Part shown: one piece after another, positions 39,000 to 48,421 of the stretch
Numbering within the stretch: position 1 is the stretch's first letter
Layout: every line of letters starts with the position of its first letter
IMG/VR virus record: IMGVR_UViG_3300033802_000250
From: a virus
Lineage: Duplodnaviria > Caudoviricetes
Strand: one strand, 5' to 3'
DNA length: 64,000 bases
Notes under the pieces: model-generated
The model's input: the letters and a program-made list of their open reading frames with translations, nothing else
Database searches by the model: none
What the model was told of the DNA's origin: nothing
Made by a program: the position numbers and the translations under genes

Positions 39000-39309
39000 C
39001 CGAACCAGCTTCTTTCAACTCGATGTCGATGTAATTGATGGCCGATTGCATTTGGGTAACGTACTCCTGAAGTTTCTGTTTGACGACCTTCAGCGCTTCG
39101 ATTTTAGCCTGCTCAATATCCTTCGACCTGAGTATACCGTCGATGTGCAGAAAGTGCGAGCGACAGAACCATCTGTCCGGGAAATAGATGTTGCGCGTCA
39201 CGATGATGTCGATGTCGCCAACTTGTGCTTTCCAAATGCGCGGCACCCGTTGATCGAGCGGCTCCCTTTGCGAATACGACGTGGTATCTTTCCATACGAT
39301 ACCTTTCAT
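38992..39309 (-). CDS. Hypothetical protein
   Basis: GGAGGAG RBS before ATG 39309. Confidence 0.65.
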   Translation of the reverse strand: MKGIVWKDTTSYSQREPLDQRVPRIWKAQVGDIDIIVTRNIYFPDRWFCRSHFLHIDGILRSKDIEQAKIEALKVVKQKLQEYVTQMQSAINYIDIELKEAGSVE

Positions 39310-39310
39310 G

Positions 39311-39613
39311 TCAATCTCCTCCCGTGATCCTTCGATTATAGCATGGCCCGCATACATCGAGCCCGGGATTGGCTTCTTCTTCGCCGCAATCCAAACAAGG
39401 CTTGACTAAAGCCTGCCTCGGCTCCTCGATCCTCAGCTTTGCTACATAGCTACGAAGCCTCTTGATACGATGTCCGAGCGTAAACAGCGGCGAAAAGATA
39501 CGGTCGTTGACATCGGGATAAAGGGTTTTGAGTTCGGCGCTGATACCATCGCCGATACTTTCAAGTTCATCGACGATATGCTTCAAATGCTGGTTCTCAA
39601 TCATCGTGCTCAA
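39311..39613 (-). CDS. Hypothetical protein with C-terminal CxxC...CxxC
   Basis: CLDC...CGPC. GAGGAG RBS. Confidence 0.6.
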   Translation of the reverse strand: MSTMIENQHLKHIVDELESIGDGISAELKTLYPDVNDRIFSPLFTLGHRIKRLRSYVAKLRIEEPRQALVKPCLDCGEEEANPGLDVCGPCYNRRITGGD

Positions 39614-39782
39614 ACTCCTCGCGAGAGATCTCCCGAACCGCGCAATGCGGTTCTTCTTCCCATACGTCGTCGGGATCGGTAGCCTTCCCGATACAGCCTG
39701 CCCTGCCGATGATTTCGTAATACTTCTCCGGCAGTTCTTTGCCCATTGTTACATGGTCATCTTTGATCAGCGGTTTATCCAT
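39597..39782 (-). CDS. Small hypothetical protein
   Basis: ORF tiles between its neighbours. Confidence 0.5.
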   Translation of the reverse strand: MDKPLIKDDHVTMGKELPEKYYEIIGRAGCIGKATDPDDVWEEEPHCAVREISREEFEHDD

Positions 39783-40389
39783 TGGGTACGCCTGCCTTTG
39801 CGAGCTTGTCCCATTTGGTCGGGTTCCACGCATTTGCATTGAGCCAGTTGCGAGAGCCCGGACTCAGATCATGGATCCTGTAATCGGCGTGAATGATTCG
39901 CGCGTTGATGTTGAACAACGTACGATTGATGTTGGCGATTCTGTAAGCCGTCAGATCCGGTTCTGCGGCGTACAGGATGCCCTTGTCGCCGAACCTCTCC
40001 GACAGGGCAATCAGAAGTCCGCCGGAGCCCGCACACCGATCTAAGAGGCGATAGATCGTCTTCTCGGGAAGCTGATCCGTTCTGCTCGCAATTCGGCGGC
40101 AAGCATCCATGTCAGCGAAGAAATCCGACGCGCAATGGCTTTTGTAATACGTGGTCACGAAGTAGCCGATGACATCCTCCCGACGCTCCGCAAGCGGTGA
40201 AAGGTCGATAGTCTTCAGCTTTTGATAAGCGTCTTGATGGATCGAACCGGATACCATGCCGGGATCCACGCCAACTTCAAAAGCAATCCATTGGATCATC
40301 GCCTGAACCGCGTCGGCTTCGTTTTTCTTGCCATCATTCATTAGGATGTCCATTACACGGTGCAATATATCCGTCGCCTTCGTCGTCAT
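39775..40389 (-). CDS. N6-adenine-methyltransferase-like protein, truncated fold
   Basis: Motif-I-like LLDRCAGSGGLL and AAEPD. No NPPY/F motif IV seen. Confidence 0.6.
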   Translation of the reverse strand: MTTKATDILHRVMDILMNDGKKNEADAVQAMIQWIAFEVGVDPGMVSGSIHQDAYQKLKTIDLSPLAERREDVIGYFVTTYYKSHCASDFFADMDACRRIASRTDQLPEKTIYRLLDRCAGSGGLLIALSERFGDKGILYAAEPDLTAYRIANINRTLFNINARIIHADYRIHDLSPGSRNWLNANAWNPTKWDKLAKAGVPNG

Positions 40390-40744
40390 ACACTTCCTCC
40401 TCCCAAAAGTGATTGATTTCGTCGATCCTGTTTTGTGCCGCTCGAATTGCCATCGACCACGACCCGAAATGACGCCTGAAGGTTGAAGAATGGGGCATCC
40501 CCGGATGCGCATCGCATTCGCGTTGCGTCGGGAGATGCCCAAATTCATCAGCGTATTGAATGAGCCAGCGTATCAGTTCCTCCTGATCCCAGGCATGTTC
40601 CCGGTAATGATCTTTCGGTGTCGGGCACAACTCAAGATTCGACGGATCGTTATTGGAGCGGTTACGGTCTTTGTGATGTACATGCTCATGGGATTCGAGC
40701 TTGCGACCGATTATCCCCTCCATAATCCGGCGATAGTTGCTCAC
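40334..40744 (-). CDS. HNH endonuclease with homing-endonuclease-associated DNA-binding repeat
   Basis: HVHHKDRNRSNNDPSNLELC...H; C-terminal EELI...PT...FGSW..A..AA. Confidence 0.85.
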   Translation of the reverse strand: MSNYRRIMEGIIGRKLESHEHVHHKDRNRSNNDPSNLELCPTPKDHYREHAWDQEELIRWLIQYADEFGHLPTQRECDAHPGMPHSSTFRRHFGSWSMAIRAAQNRIDEINHFWEEEVYDDEGDGYIAPCNGHPNE

Positions 40745-41007
40745 GCCTCGTTATAGACGCTGACTCCCATGTAAACCGCCGGCATATAGTAGTCATACTT
40801 GACGCTCTGGCCGCCGCGCGGAACCTTGATCAGATGCCGGTCAACGGTACTGATCACCATGCCCTTGATTTGGTTGCGCGAAAGCTGATCGTATTCCGGG
40901 ATCAACGTGCGGATGTCCGTGTTGGCCGGAACGAAGGCGACGTATTCGCCAACCTTCTCTTTGAAACTGCTGACCCAACGTACCTTTTGACCCTTAGTGA
41001 ACTTCAT
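40741..41007 (-). CDS. Small SH3-like hypothetical protein
   Basis: Starts MKFTKGQKVRW. AAAGGAGG RBS. Confidence 0.6.
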   Translation of the reverse strand: MKFTKGQKVRWVSSFKEKVGEYVAFVPANTDIRTLIPEYDQLSRNQIKGMVISTVDRHLIKVPRGGQSVKYDYYMPAVYMGVSVYNEA

Positions 41008-41968
41008 TCGAGGTTCCTCCTTTATCCCACATTGATTTTCGAGGATTGCCAAACAAGGTCATCAGAATGTCATACAGATTCATGTGGTTGAGGTTATGCT
41101 CGTCGCTGACCGGAATGATGCCGCGTTGCTCCAGCATCGAAAGAGCTTGTCCGATAGATGTCGGCATATCGCGAAGTGTACGCATCACCTTCAGCCATTG
41201 CTGGATATGCGGGCCGTGGTAGTCATAGAGCATCTCCCATTTCGTCCGGTCGATTTTCAACATGCACTCCCACATATCGTTGACGATTTCTTTGGTCGCG
41301 CCCTGTGCGCCGGGCTCCCAAAGCCGTTGCTGGAAGATATGTACGAGCGCTTCTTCGCCGAACTCGTATAGAAACGGCGGCATGATATAGCCGACGGGAA
41401 GCATGGAGCGTGCGGCCTGCATCTGCTCCTTCTGGATATTTTCGTCCATCCCTTTGACGCGCGTAATCACGTCACGGATCATCTGGATGGCATTCTGCGT
41501 GTAGGCTTCGGTATTCCGGGCTTCAACCGGCACCTCATATCCCCACGGCAGGTTCGCTCTCTGTCCGGCGGCAATGCGCCCGTAACGACCGACAGAGTAG
41601 GTCACGAGATGGTCATAGACAGGCTTGCCGACGCCGATGAACAGGAAAATAACCGACTCGCCCCGGATTGGCTCATAGCTGTGACCGGCCTTGACCATGT
41701 TGAAGAAACGATCCCGGTTGTCCATATCATTGAACTTCCCGAGATAAATGGCGGCCTTGAACGCCGAGGCGAGTCGGTCTTTGTCGGTCGGCCTGATGGC
41801 AATCACCCGTCCGTGTTGGACAACAGTCTCCCCAAACCGCGTGAAATTGCTGTTGATGAACCATTCGATGTTTTCCAGTGTCTCGTTGATTGGCAGGATG
41901 TCATCCAGCAAATGCACGCGGGGATTGGAGAAAATAGCTGTCTTGTCGATAAAGAATGGCTGACTCAT
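40994..41968 (-). CDS. ThyX-like (flavin-dependent thymidylate synthase fold) protein, divergent
   Basis: GHSYEP, QR, ARSMLP and R...GAQ align with ThyX blocks, but the RHRx7S signature is absent. Confidence 0.65.
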   Translation of the reverse strand: MSQPFFIDKTAIFSNPRVHLLDDILPINETLENIEWFINSNFTRFGETVVQHGRVIAIRPTDKDRLASAFKAAIYLGKFNDMDNRDRFFNMVKAGHSYEPIRGESVIFLFIGVGKPVYDHLVTYSVGRYGRIAAGQRANLPWGYEVPVEARNTEAYTQNAIQMIRDVITRVKGMDENIQKEQMQAARSMLPVGYIMPPFLYEFGEEALVHIFQQRLWEPGAQGATKEIVNDMWECMLKIDRTKWEMLYDYHGPHIQQWLKVMRTLRDMPTSIGQALSMLEQRGIIPVSDEHNLNHMNLYDILMTLFGNPRKSMWDKGGTSNEVH

Positions 41969-41999
41969 CCGGTTTTCGTCTCCCTTCTGATTGTTTCGT

Positions 42000-42533
42000 T
42001 TACGCTTCCACAACCCATTTTGTAGCGACGATGCCTTCGGGAACGACTTTAGCGTCCTTGACACGGATTTTTCGTCCTTCAAGCATAGAGAGTTTTTCTG
42101 CGTTGAATGCAGGAAAATTGCGAACCAGTTGATCGACATCAAAAACCCCGTTGATTGAGTCATGTAAGAAATCGCTCAACTGCTCATCGCTGAACTCGAA
42201 GTTACCTACCTTGCGTTGAAGAAGCATAAGATGTTTGGCGTCTTCAGCGATAAGGTGTATGACGATCTCCTCGCCGCCATAAATGCATTGTACGTCTTTG
42301 TTGAAGACGATCTCCTGCGCGTGGTAATCCACGGTGTAGTCATGGTTCTCAACCATCTTGACGCCATCCAGCGTCACGACAATTTCACCGCGTACACGTT
42401 GGCCGTAACCCGGCGAGAAGTTGTATCGCTGTACGCCCGCTTTGCCCTTCAGATTGATGAACTCTGTTCCGCCCATCGGCAAAAATCCGGTCTGTTTAAT
42501 GTGCCTATACATATCCCACGATATCGGCATCAC
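42000..42533 (-). CDS. Hypothetical protein (paralog of 42893-43474)
   Basis: Shares DYT/HY, (V/I)GN(F/Y)xFS and V..A.....GI blocks with that gene. Confidence 0.65.
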   Translation of the reverse strand: MMPISWDMYRHIKQTGFLPMGGTEFINLKGKAGVQRYNFSPGYGQRVRGEIVVTLDGVKMVENHDYTVDYHAQEIVFNKDVQCIYGGEEIVIHLIAEDAKHLMLLQRKVGNFEFSDEQLSDFLHDSINGVFDVDQLVRNFPAFNAEKLSMLEGRKIRVKDAKVVPEGIVATKWVVEA

Positions 42534-42536
42534 AAA

Positions 42537-42896
42537 TCACCAAGCCTTAATGGTGTGATCGTCTTCGTCCTCCCCGGCTTCGATGCCTTCAATGGCGGCC
42601 TGCAAATCTTGCTGAAGCAATCGGAGTTGCTTCTTGTCTGCCTCCGGGGTCGCCGGATTGTTCAGTCTGGCTTCAACCTTCGCCAGATCGTCACGGAGCT
42701 TGCGCTCGATTGCGTTGATGTGCGACATCGTAGCTTGCAGTTCAAGCTGACCGACGATACCGTCGTTCTTGTACTTCAGTTCCTTCGGAACTTCGCCTTG
42801 TCCGTCCAGATAGTCGGCGAACGCGCGGAGTCCCTGCGCGAACTTCTTGGGATCCGCATGGTCTGCCTGAAGCCGGACGATAATTTCATGGCTCAT
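42537..42896 (-). CDS. Coiled-coil hypothetical protein
   Basis: GGAGG RBS and heptad pattern. Confidence 0.65.
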   Translation of the reverse strand: MSHEIIVRLQADHADPKKFAQGLRAFADYLDGQGEVPKELKYKNDGIVGQLELQATMSHINAIERKLRDDLAKVEARLNNPATPEADKKQLRLLQQDLQAAIEGIEAGEDEDDHTIKAW

Positions 42897-43474
42897 TGGA
42901 CATCCTCCATTCCAAGTTCAACCAACGCCTCAATGCCGTTTTCCGTCAGTGTCGCCTCCAGCACGGTTGCCGAGGTGTACTCCTCAAACTCCTTCGGTAC
43001 GCTATGCCGTTTGAGCGCGTGAACCTCGCCTACACAAGTGCGCACCAGATCTTCCATGACCTCCCGGCTGAATTGATAGTTGCCGATGCGCCACGGCAGA
43101 AGAATGAGTTTGATTTTCGGCGTCGGAGGTTTGTGCGTCAATATGACTTTGGTGGGGCCGCTGATGATGTTGGTGAACGATATGAAGTTCCCATCGTCCT
43201 CTATGACGTAATGGAGATTGCGCCTCAGTTTGTGTATCGTTCCGTCCACATCTTCCAGCGCAAAATCATAAGTCTCGAACGTATGGGGCTCCGCAATGGA
43301 AGTTTGCGTAATATGAAGCGCTTGCCAGAAATCGCCCTGTTTAAGAGTGAAGGCGATCTTATCGCCGATCAGCGTTCTGTCCAGCGTCGGCTCGCGCTGG
43401 ATTCGCCCCTTCTTGAACTCGTCGCGATAAAAATTGGCAAGCTGACGAGTCAAATGTTGTGTCACCGAAAACAC
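42893..43474 (-). CDS. Hypothetical protein (paralog of 42000-42533)
   Basis: Shares the blocks listed for 42000-42533. Confidence 0.65.
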   Translation of the reverse strand: MFSVTQHLTRQLANFYRDEFKKGRIQREPTLDRTLIGDKIAFTLKQGDFWQALHITQTSIAEPHTFETYDFALEDVDGTIHKLRRNLHYVIEDDGNFISFTNIISGPTKVILTHKPPTPKIKLILLPWRIGNYQFSREVMEDLVRTCVGEVHALKRHSVPKEFEEYTSATVLEATLTENGIEALVELGMEDVQ

Positions 43475-43496
43475 CTCTCTTTTTGAGTAAGAAGTT

Positions 43497-43521
43497 GGGG
43501 CCGGACTTTTCGTCCAACCCC
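43497..43521 (-). terminator. Hairpin downstream of nrdJ
   Basis: Minus strand GGGGTTGGAC-GAAAA-GTCCGGCCCC with a weak U tract. Confidence 0.55.
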
Positions 43522-43532
43522 TCCTTCACTTA

Positions 43533-45965
43533 TCAATCCAGTGTACATTTTCCACCAATACAGCCCGAGAGCGCAAGCATTTCTTCTTCGGTACTCATGC
43601 CGCTTTGTTTGTCGTCCGGTTTGTCCGTTGCGAGACAGGATCGCACGTATTCTTGGACAATAGCGAGTTGCTCCGACGAAAGCTTATCAAGCCCTTCAAC
43701 GAGCGGTTTTTCAGTCAGATTGCTGGTGGATCCGTCACTGGTCAATACCTGCTCATCCCGGGAGCCGTCTCGGTAATAGGTGAACCCTTTGAGCCGCAGT
43801 TTCCATGCGAGCATAATCATTTCACGGATGTCATCCAACGTATGGCTGTTTGGCGCGTTGATCGTCTTCGCGATGGATGAGCAGATCCATTTCTGCATAG
43901 CGGCCTGCATACGGATGTGTTCCTCCGGCGTAAGATCCATCGCCGTCACATAATAGTCCGGCAACATCTTGAAGATGCCGTCTTTGATCGAGCCGTCTTC
44001 ATTGTACGGATTGATCCCGTTTTGTTCAAACCAGCGAATGGCAATCGGCTCGACAATTTGGCTCATGCCAAGCCGCGAGTTCCGCCAGTAGGAGAACATG
44101 AAGTACGGTTCGCACCCGGTCGATGTTCCAGTCATCGTGCCGGTGGATCCCGTCGGAGCAATCGTAAAGATCGTCACATTGCGGATGCCGTACTTGCGGA
44201 TACGCTCCTCCAGTTCCGGGAAGGCCGGGAGGATATTTTCCCGCATATGTCCACTGGAGAGGAATCCTTCGGCGTCGAACCACGGGAACGGCCCCTTTTC
44301 GGCGGCCAGATCGACTGATGCATGATAACCCACGCCTGCCATAAAGCGATGCAGATGGTCGGTAAACTCGATGGCTTCCGGTGAGCCATAACGGAGCCCG
44401 AGTCTGATCAGCATCTCGGCCAAGCCCATTTCGCCGAGGCCGATACGGCGTTCGCCTTTCTGCTGGATTTCGTTCTCCTTGAAGAAGTACGGCGTATGGT
44501 CAACGACGTTGTCAAGGAATCGCACAGCACGACGGATAACGTATGCGAGACGATCCCACTTGACATCCTTCTTCCAGTCACCGGTCACTTCATCATTGAC
44601 AAATCTGGAAAGATTGATGGCCGACAAGTTGCAGACACCCCATGCGGGCAACCCTTGTTCTCCGCATGGGTTAGTTGCATCAATTCGCCCACGCCGGTAA
44701 TAGTTCGAGTTGGACATGTACCGGTAATATTCAAGGAATACGACACCCGGCTCCGCGCTCATCCAGTTGCATTCGACGATCAGATCGTAGATGTCGCGGG
44801 CTCGGTAAATATGATACACCACCAGCGATTCCGCACCGTGCTTTGCGATCCACGTCGGCAGGTCGCCGTCCCAATCTTCGTTGTAATTCGGATGCCGCAC
44901 GTCCGGGAATACCAGTTTCCACATTTCGTCGTTCTCCACGGCCTTCATGAAGGCTTCGCTAACCAATACCGAAAGGTTGGCGTTTTCAACGCCGTGCGCG
45001 TAAATCGTGGAGCCCGGAAATTTATGCTCGAACTTGTTCTTGATGTACTGGAACGGTGAACCGATGGTTCCGTCCGGCAGACGCCGTGTCTTTTGCGACA
45101 GTTTGCAGGTGATAAACTCGATCAAGTCCGGGTGCCAGTCGCAAAGCATCCCCATCGTGGCTCCGCGTCGTGAGCCACCCTGCTCGATCAGACCAGTGTA
45201 GTACGACTTGCCACCGCCCCACGACACAGCGCCGCTGGAGCGACCGCGTACACCCATCACCGGGGTTGTTCTCGGGCGGGCAGACGACCAGTTTTGGCCG
45301 ACACCGCCGCCGCGCGAATGGATTTCGACTTGAATGCCGAGCGATTCAATCAGACCTTGGCGGCTGTCATGCGCGTTCGGAATAACATAGCAGTTGAACA
45401 GCGTCAGTTGATCCGGTGTTGCGCCGATGTTCTGTTTGTATTCCTTCGTTCCGGCACCGGTATTCACCCGGCCTGCCGGGATGAGTTCCTCGTTGATGAG
45501 AATCTCATAATTGTCACGGTAAACCCGTTCCCGAGTGGCTTCGTCTTTCTCGACGCTGGCGACGCCGAGTGCGACGCGGTGACAGATCTGTCCCCATGTG
45601 TACTCCAGCAGTTTGTCCACCTTGCCGATATACTGGATGAACCATTTCTTGAAGTCGCCGCCGGAGATAAGCTCAAGCGCGACGAACCGGTTCTCGCCCT
45701 GTTCAGAACTCAGGGCACAGGGAAGCACATGCTGGTCGGGATCAAACAGCCCCACGGCGCTACGCTCATCCAGAAAACCTCTGACGATACCGATTTCCTT
45801 CACCGGAAATTTCGGATGTTCGACCGTCAGAACGACGCACCAGTCGCCGGTTTTCAGATCGTTGCGATTGCCTTTGATCGCGTAACGATCCAGACGGATT
45901 TTATCTTTAATGTCCAGCGGTTGCGCCGGAACAGGTGGTTTCTCAAGGCTGAATGCGGAAGTCAT
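43533..45965 (-). CDS. nrdJ: Class II (adenosylcobalamin-dependent) ribonucleotide reductase
   Basis: PAGR, LFNCYV, QGGSRRGA, TNPCGEQ, CNL, RRIGLG, TIAPTG and C-terminal CIGGKC. No small subunit nearby. Confidence 0.92.
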   Translation of the reverse strand: MTSAFSLEKPPVPAQPLDIKDKIRLDRYAIKGNRNDLKTGDWCVVLTVEHPKFPVKEIGIVRGFLDERSAVGLFDPDQHVLPCALSSEQGENRFVALELISGGDFKKWFIQYIGKVDKLLEYTWGQICHRVALGVASVEKDEATRERVYRDNYEILINEELIPAGRVNTGAGTKEYKQNIGATPDQLTLFNCYVIPNAHDSRQGLIESLGIQVEIHSRGGGVGQNWSSARPRTTPVMGVRGRSSGAVSWGGGKSYYTGLIEQGGSRRGATMGMLCDWHPDLIEFITCKLSQKTRRLPDGTIGSPFQYIKNKFEHKFPGSTIYAHGVENANLSVLVSEAFMKAVENDEMWKLVFPDVRHPNYNEDWDGDLPTWIAKHGAESLVVYHIYRARDIYDLIVECNWMSAEPGVVFLEYYRYMSNSNYYRRGRIDATNPCGEQGLPAWGVCNLSAINLSRFVNDEVTGDWKKDVKWDRLAYVIRRAVRFLDNVVDHTPYFFKENEIQQKGERRIGLGEMGLAEMLIRLGLRYGSPEAIEFTDHLHRFMAGVGYHASVDLAAEKGPFPWFDAEGFLSSGHMRENILPAFPELEERIRKYGIRNVTIFTIAPTGSTGTMTGTSTGCEPYFMFSYWRNSRLGMSQIVEPIAIRWFEQNGINPYNEDGSIKDGIFKMLPDYYVTAMDLTPEEHIRMQAAMQKWICSSIAKTINAPNSHTLDDIREMIMLAWKLRLKGFTYYRDGSRDEQVLTSDGSTSNLTEKPLVEGLDKLSSEQLAIVQEYVRSCLATDKPDDKQSGMSTEEEMLALSGCIGGKCTLD

Positions 45966-45979
45966 GTGGTCACGTCTCC

Positions 45980-46207
45980 TTACATGTTCAATTGCTTGCC
46001 ACAATGGCGGTCGGCGCATATATACTCGATGCGCCGTTCGATTGTAGGGAGAGGGGCGGAGGCTTCTGCCGGGTCGTGCATATCTCTCGGCTTCGCCTTG
46101 ATGCTGACCGTAACCACTGTCCGCTCGATAAATTCGGGATGACCGCAATGAGAACAACGAATGAAATCTTCCCCTAGTATATCGGCGATTTCACGGCTCA
46201 CTCCCAT
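45980..46207 (-). CDS. Small zinc-ribbon protein
   Basis: CSHCG...CADRHCG. Confidence 0.65.
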   Translation of the reverse strand: MGVSREIADILGEDFIRCSHCGHPEFIERTVVTVSIKAKPRDMHDPAEASAPLPTIERRIEYICADRHCGKQLNM

Positions 46208-46836
46208 TCCCTTCCCTCCTGTTCAAGTTGTTTTTCAAGCTGTTCTATCTTTCGGAACAACTCCTCCGCCGTCGCTTTCCACATGTCTCGCTCGCCTGAA
46301 ACCACCGAGTTCTCATGCCGAAGTATCTTGATTTCATGAACCATCTCGCAAAGAACTTCAAAACGGTTGATGATGTACGTCTTATCATCGCCCTTGATCC
46401 GAAATGGAAGTGCCGGATAAAGTCCTTTGGAGTATGACGAAGCTTCGGCTTCGATTTTGTCCAGCATCGTTTTGGTGATCGTAATCTGCTTCTCACCTTT
46501 ACTGCTGAACTGAAGCCGCTCTTTGCATTCGCATAGCAGAACTGTATCTGCAACGTCGCCTGGCATAAACCAGATGTTGCCCGAGCCAGCCTGTCGCCGT
46601 GCCCAATATTCCCGGATGGTGGGCACGTTGTTCAAATTGTCCTTCACGTATTCTTCAAGGGTTTGCCCGGTGTTGTCCGTAACGGGCGTGATGGCGTTCT
46701 GGACGGCTTTGGCTCGGTGTTTCATCCGGCCTTTGTCTTCAGGTAGTTTCAGCAATCGTTGATTCGGGCCGCACATCAAGCACTTATTGTTGTTCTGGCA
46801 ACGCTGATAATATTCGCAATCCCAAACATTACTCAT
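46198..46836 (-). CDS. Hjc-like PD-(D/E)XK resolvase/nuclease with N-terminal Cys cluster
   Basis: E...RRQAGSG...GD...ECK, plus an N-terminal C-x4-C-x5-CxxC. Confidence 0.7.
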   Translation of the reverse strand: MSNVWDCEYYQRCQNNNKCLMCGPNQRLLKLPEDKGRMKHRAKAVQNAITPVTDNTGQTLEEYVKDNLNNVPTIREYWARRQAGSGNIWFMPGDVADTVLLCECKERLQFSSKGEKQITITKTMLDKIEAEASSYSKGLYPALPFRIKGDDKTYIINRFEVLCEMVHEIKILRHENSVVSGERDMWKATAEELFRKIEQLEKQLEQEGREWE

Positions 46837-47347
46837 CGTCGCCCTCAACATCCCCACGGCCTTGTGCGTCGAGTTTGAGCGCACCGTTACCGTTAATCAT
46901 CATGCCTGACTTCTGCAACAGCGTGTCGATTACTGCATCCATGAAGATCTTGCGTTTCCGCCAGCGTTCCACGAGAGTCAAGATGGGTTCATTGAACCCC
47001 GGCAGAGGAGTGGTTTCCAGATGCGTTAATACGAGGGCTTCCCGGTCTTCAGCGGTAATGCCCTTCACTTGTTTGAAGTGCAAGTTGGCCTGTTTCTTTG
47101 CCAGCATGTACTTCTCCTTGAAGAACTCATACCGCTCCCGGGCGAAGGCCGCATCAAAGCGAGCTTCAGAATAAACGCGGTCGATCTTTGCGTTGATTCG
47201 CAAGATCCCGCGCGGCGAGAGGTCGTGCGGCACACGGATGGCTTTGACTTTTTTCTGATAGTATTTTTCGATCAAGCGCCATTCTTTGCCGTCATTTGCT
47301 TTTCGGATGTCGGGTTTCTCCATTTGGTTTGCCTCATCTTTGGGCAT
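46829..47347 (-). CDS. Helical protein, possibly a UvsY-like recombination mediator
   Basis: Long helical hairpin with TAEDREA turn. Weak similarity from memory only. Confidence 0.35.
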   Translation of the reverse strand: MPKDEANQMEKPDIRKANDGKEWRLIEKYYQKKVKAIRVPHDLSPRGILRINAKIDRVYSEARFDAAFARERYEFFKEKYMLAKKQANLHFKQVKGITAEDREALVLTHLETTPLPGFNEPILTLVERWRKRKIFMDAVIDTLLQKSGMMINGNGALKLDAQGRGDVEGDDE

Positions 47348-47360
47348 TCCGCTCACCTTC

Positions 47361-47894
47361 TTACTTCTTTAATTCCTTGCAGAGAGCGTACAGCCTTGTC
47401 AGATTCCGCGCTCGGTCATATTCGTTCTCGTTTTCCCACTTCTCGTCGAAGTCGGTAAACCCGACGAACTTCTTGCGGTCGTGGGTGATTCGCTCCTGCG
47501 CCGCTTTCTCTCCGCGTTCTGCGGTCATCCGGCGCAGGCGCTCCTCCTCGGAGACGCTGAGATAGATGACGTAAATGCGGTCACGTCCAAGGTTTTCGGA
47601 CAGCACTTCTACACCGTACGGGTCGATGACATAGAGATGGTTCTCCGCAATTTGTTGTCGGGTCGCGCCGTATTCATGCTTGTCGAACTTGGTGTAAGCG
47701 ACCAGATCTTTGCGAATTGCATCAAAACCCTTCTTATCAACGAAGGTGTGATGCTTTTCTCCGGGATAGCGCGGCTTGCGGGTAGTGTAGCTGGCAATGG
47801 ATCGGATGCCCCATTTCTCCAGCAGTTCAACCAATGTGGTTTTGCCACTTCCGCTTTCGCCGACGATGCAGATGATGTCCCGTTGGCCTTCCAT
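47361..47894 (-). CDS. gmk: Guanylate kinase-like nucleotide kinase
   Basis: GESGSGKT, SYTTRKPRYPGE, HTFV, YG, IDPYG. Confidence 0.85.
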   Translation of the reverse strand: MEGQRDIICIVGESGSGKTTLVELLEKWGIRSIASYTTRKPRYPGEKHHTFVDKKGFDAIRKDLVAYTKFDKHEYGATRQQIAENHLYVIDPYGVEVLSENLGRDRIYVIYLSVSEEERLRRMTAERGEKAAQERITHDRKKFVGFTDFDEKWENENEYDRARNLTRLYALCKELKK

Positions 47895-47958
47895 ACTATC
47901 CCTCCTTTCACCGGAGAATGTCAGAATTGAGTTGAAGGCGTAAAATGGGTCTACGTTT

Positions 47959-48354
47959 TTAGCGTAAACCCATCGAGTCCTGATATGAATAATCATGGCC
48001 GAGCAACATAATCGTTTGTCGCAAATCCACCATGACTTCTTCAATATTCTTGGTCGCCTTGCTCAATTCATCCATTGCATATGTGGCTCTTTGGAGGAGA
48101 TCGGCAACTTCATCCGTACCCGGCCCGATATATTCTATCGTGGTCGGTTCTCTCGGATTCTCCGGCGGAATAATGCGGATGTGTCCTTGCTCATCCAAAG
48201 TCTGCAATGCACGATGTACGGTGGCATTCGAGTAGCCAGTATGTCTGGCGATACTCATCATGGATTCCTTCAATATGCCGTCGCGTTGGGCGACTTTGAT
48301 GTAATGAAGGATATCCTGAAGCGTCCGCTTATTTTGTGTTTTTCGCATCCTCAC
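47959..48354 (-). CDS. Winged-helix DNA-binding protein
   Basis: SMMSIARHTGYSNATVHRALQTLDEQGHI plus a C-terminal coiled coil. Confidence 0.8.
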   Translation of the reverse strand: MRMRKTQNKRTLQDILHYIKVAQRDGILKESMMSIARHTGYSNATVHRALQTLDEQGHIRIIPPENPREPTTIEYIGPGTDEVADLLQRATYAMDELSKATKNIEEVMVDLRQTIMLLGHDYSYQDSMGLR

Positions 48355-48392
48355 AGCCTTCTTTCATACTAGATGTTGAGGGATGCAAAACC

Positions 48393-48421
48393 AGTATAGC
48401 AAATGTTGGGGTAGGCATCAA
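48393..48421 (-). promoter_or_regulatory. SigA promoter with extended -10
   Basis: Minus strand TTGATG-N17-TATACT with TG at -15/-14. Confidence 0.65.

Noticed and set aside
43533-45965. Intein or intron in nrdJ (also checked in the helicases and primases)
   Set aside because: The ORFs are continuous and of normal length, with no intein splice-junction or LAGLIDADG motifs seen.
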